Shown piece by piece: positions 61,912 through 64,000 of a stretch of DNA of 64,000 bases (position 1 is its first letter; each line of letters opens with the position of its first letter). The notes below the pieces were generated by a model. It was not told where the DNA came from, did no database searches, and saw only the letters and a list, made by a program, of their open reading frames with translations. The translations under genes and the position numbers were made by a program. This stretch comes from Collinsella sp. (GTDB lineage: Bacteria > Actinomycetota > Coriobacteriia > Coriobacteriales > Coriobacteriaceae): contig DBFWCI010000004.1 in NCBI GenBank assembly GCA_048485235.1, positions 3,267-67,266 on the forward strand, written 5' to 3'.

Positions 61912-63622
61912 CGGAGACCTCGCTCACCTGTGTAAAGGCGGGTGAGACGTTGGATGCCAGACGGCGCGAGAGTTCGATGACCTGGGGCGGCTCAACGTAG
62001 GCACGCCGCATGAGATCGATGTTCGAGAACAGCTCGTGCGTGCGGCCGCGGTCGAGGATGCGACCGTCGGCCATTACCACAATGCGCTCGGCAAAATCCG
62101 AGACGACTTCCATATCGTGGCAGACCATGATTACGGCGCAGCCACGCTCGGCCATGGTACGCACCGTTTCCATGACGGTCATGCACTCGCGGTAATCAAG
62201 GCCGCTCGTGGGCTCGTCGAGCACCACGATTTTGGGCTCTACGACCACGACGGAGGCGAGTGCCACCATTTGTCGCTGGCCGCGCGAAAGCGAGAAAGGC
62301 GCCTCGTCGGCCGGCAAGCCAAAGCGGTCGATGACGAGTTGGGCACGACGCAGAGCCTCGGCGCGGTCCATGCCGCCAAGCTCCAAGCCAAAGGCGACCT
62401 CGTCGAGCACGGTGTCCTTGCAGATTTGACGGTCAGGGTTTTGGAAGAGGGTTGCGACCTCGCGGGCAATGCGGCTCGTGGGGACGGTTGCAGTATCCAG
62501 TCCCGTGACGCGCACGCTGCCCGAGGCGGGCTTGAGCAGACCCGTGAGCAGCTTGGTGAGCGTGGTCTTGCCGGCACCGTTCTGGCCGACGATGCCCACG
62601 AGCTCGCCGGGATAGAGCGTCAGGCTAAGGTCGTGTACGGCGGCGCCGCCATTGGGATAGGCAAACTCAACATGGTCGAAGGTGAGTACGGGTTCTGCGT
62701 CCTTGGCATGAGGGCGCAACGACGGTGCATGCGGGGAACCGGCGGGCGCCTGGGCTTCGATGGCCGCGTGTGCGGGGTCGACGATGCCCGAAATCAGGCG
62801 CTCGGCCTCATCGACATCCAAGCAAGGGGTACCACTTGCCAGACCATCGGCCTCGAGGCTATTGAAGATGCGCGTGACGCGAGGGCAGTCGACGCCGATG
62901 ACACGGAGCTCGTCGGTATGCGCAAAGACCTCGTGTGGCTCGCCCTGCAGCGCGATTTCGCCATGGTTGAGCACGAGCACGCGGTTGCAGTACTCCGAGA
63001 GCAGGGCGACCTTTTGCTCAACGACGACGATGGTGATTCCAAGTGCGCGGTTTGCCTCACGCAGCGTCTCGAAAACCAACGTGGAGCTGGCGGGGTCGAG
63101 TGCCGCGGTGGGCTCGTCGAGAACCAAGACGCGCGGACGCATGGCGAGGATGGCGGCGATGGCTACCTTTTGCTTCTGTCCGCCCGAGAGGGTGGCGATC
63201 TCGCGGTCGCGCAGGTCGCTGATGCCGACGGTCTCGAGCGTTTCGCTCACGCGCTGCTCGATCTGGTCGTGGGGAACGCCAAAGTTCTCGAGGCCAAAGA
63301 GCATCTCGTCCTCGACGACCGAGGCGACCATCTGCGTGTCGATGTCCTGCAACACGCTGCCGACGATCTGCGACACATCGGTGAGCGAGACTTCGCAGGT
63401 GTCGTGGTCGTCAACCATGACGGACCCAAAGAACGTGCCGGTGTAGTGGTGGGGCACGGCACCCGACAGGCAGGCGGCAAGCGTGGACTTGCCGGCGCCC
63501 GAGGGCCCGATGATACCGATGAAATCTCCCTTGTTCACGCCGAGCGAGATGTGGCTGAGCGCCTGTTCGGTCTGCGTGCCGTAGGAGAACGAGACATCGT
63601 CGACGTTGATGATCGTTTCCAT
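61871..63622 (-). CDS. ecfA: ECF transporter ATPase, fused tandem EcfA-EcfA' (two ABC cassettes)
   Basis: 583 aa with two Walker A sites (GPSGAGKST, GQNGAGKTT), two signatures (LSGGQKQKVAIA, LSRGQRQMVALA) and two Walker B sites (LVLDEPTA, VVLDEPTS). Confidence 0.9.
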   Translation of the reverse strand: METIINVDDVSFSYGTQTEQALSHISLGVNKGDFIGIIGPSGAGKSTLAACLSGAVPHHYTGTFFGSVMVDDHDTCEVSLTDVSQIVGSVLQDIDTQMVASVVEDEMLFGLENFGVPHDQIEQRVSETLETVGISDLRDREIATLSGGQKQKVAIAAILAMRPRVLVLDEPTAALDPASSTLVFETLREANRALGITIVVVEQKVALLSEYCNRVLVLNHGEIALQGEPHEVFAHTDELRVIGVDCPRVTRIFNSLEADGLASGTPCLDVDEAERLISGIVDPAHAAIEAQAPAGSPHAPSLRPHAKDAEPVLTFDHVEFAYPNGGAAVHDLSLTLYPGELVGIVGQNGAGKTTLTKLLTGLLKPASGSVRVTGLDTATVPTSRIAREVATLFQNPDRQICKDTVLDEVAFGLELGGMDRAEALRRAQLVIDRFGLPADEAPFSLSRGQRQMVALASVVVVEPKIVVLDEPTSGLDYRECMTVMETVRTMAERGCAVIMVCHDMEVVSDFAERIVVMADGRILDRGRTHELFSNIDLMRRAYVEPPQVIELSRRLASNVSPAFTQVSEVSDVVRITKEMVHRG

Positions 63623-63727
63623 GGATACCTTTCATAGTCATTGGGGACAGTCTTAAATGACCAGTCGTTTAAGAACGTCCCCAAAAGCTCGTTGTTTGGG
63701 ACAGTCTTTGGTGGTGAAGTACGGAGA

Positions 63728-63829
63728 CGGCTTTACGAGGTGCCCCAGGTTGGCGCGAAAGAGGAACGAAGCGTACTTGGGTACGCGAGCGACGAATGAA
63801 CGCCAAGATGGGGTGGCTCGTAAAGCCGA
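63728..63829 (+). repeat. Structured intergenic repeat, copy C (hairpin of about 100 nt)
   Basis: CGGCTTTACGAG..CCCCA GG TTGGCG CGAAAGAGGAACGAA GCGTAC-TTGG-GTACGC GAGCGACGAATGAA CGCCAA GA TGGGG..CTCGTAAAGCCG. Confidence 0.7.
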
Positions 63830-63834
63830 GCAGG

Positions 63835-64000
63835 TTAGTTGAGCTTAAGGGCCTTCTGGATGGGCATGTAGAGGGCGCCGACCAGAATGGCGTCAAAGAC
63901 GGCGGTCATGGCGACGACGGGCAACATGGCGGCGGCGAGCTCGCCTACCACGCCGAGCATGGCCATCTTGATGACCATGAAGATGACGCCGGAGACAAAG
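63835..64000 (-). CDS. Membrane protein, C-terminal part (probable ECF S component; gene continues beyond the window)
   Basis: Reverse translation ends ..FVSGVIFMVIKMAMLGVVGELAAAMLPVVAMTAVFDAILVGALYMPIQKALKLN-stop. The position upstream of ecfA-ecfT suggests an S component. Confidence 0.5.
   Translation of the reverse strand, partial: FVSGVIFMVIKMAMLGVVGELAAAMLPVVAMTAVFDAILVGALYMPIQKALKLN

Noticed and set aside
62036-63637. 533-aa ORF on the plus strand
   Set aside because: It is antisense to the tandem ABC ATPase gene, whose Walker and signature motifs are unambiguous. It is a shadow ORF.

Overview
High-GC (about 60% by eye, not computed) Gram-positive chromosome segment. Gene content and codon usage look like Actinomycetota, class Coriobacteriia (Collinsella-like); that assignment is inference only. 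Most of the window is core metabolism and housekeeping: rnhA, metY with a divergent LysR regulator, panE, nfo, an amino-acid ABC transporter, flavodoxin, pgi, HAD phosphatases, a PfkB kinase, tatD, tcdA, ettA, nadE, ldh, a lysine-riboswitch-controlled lysA-dapA/dapB/dapH operon, a Ser/Thr kinase, a D-Asp-ligase-like ATP-grasp gene with a racemase, and an ECF transporter. I found no rRNA, tRNA, CRISPR array, integrase or transposase. The strongest candidate for an undescribed system is a sharply AT-rich island of about 4.4 kb (35470-39830). It encodes a small protein, a DUF2087 protein, an MFS exporter and a cobalamin-type radical SAM enzyme with CX3CX2C and two fused PqqD/RRE-like C-terminal domains. 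Directly downstream is an unannotated 36-aa acidic peptide ORF (39651-39761) with a strong SD and its own terminator, so the layout is RiPP-like. The rSAM gene carries a 1-nt frameshift in a T5 run near its 5' end. The second candidate is a translationally coupled operon on the minus strand (21584-24452): an unknown protein, a catalytically intact ClpP paralog, and a soluble VirD4/TraG-like ATPase, with no other conjugation genes nearby. The window also holds several repeat and structure families: a hairpin element of about 100 nt in 3 copies with clear compensatory stem changes; a 92-nt palindromic element bracketing one oxidoreductase gene and masking two Shine-Dalgarno sites; short GGGACAGGTT-core hairpins; and a 226-bp MITE-like element with 28-bp terminal inverted repeats. 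Other items are a lysA-dapA gene fusion, a type-I-toxin-like 28-aa ORF, a LexA-box/Y-polymerase/YolD cassette, an SD-sequestering 14-bp perfect hairpin, and a RelE/Phd pair. Many long ORFs in the track are antisense artefacts of high GC content and were rejected.
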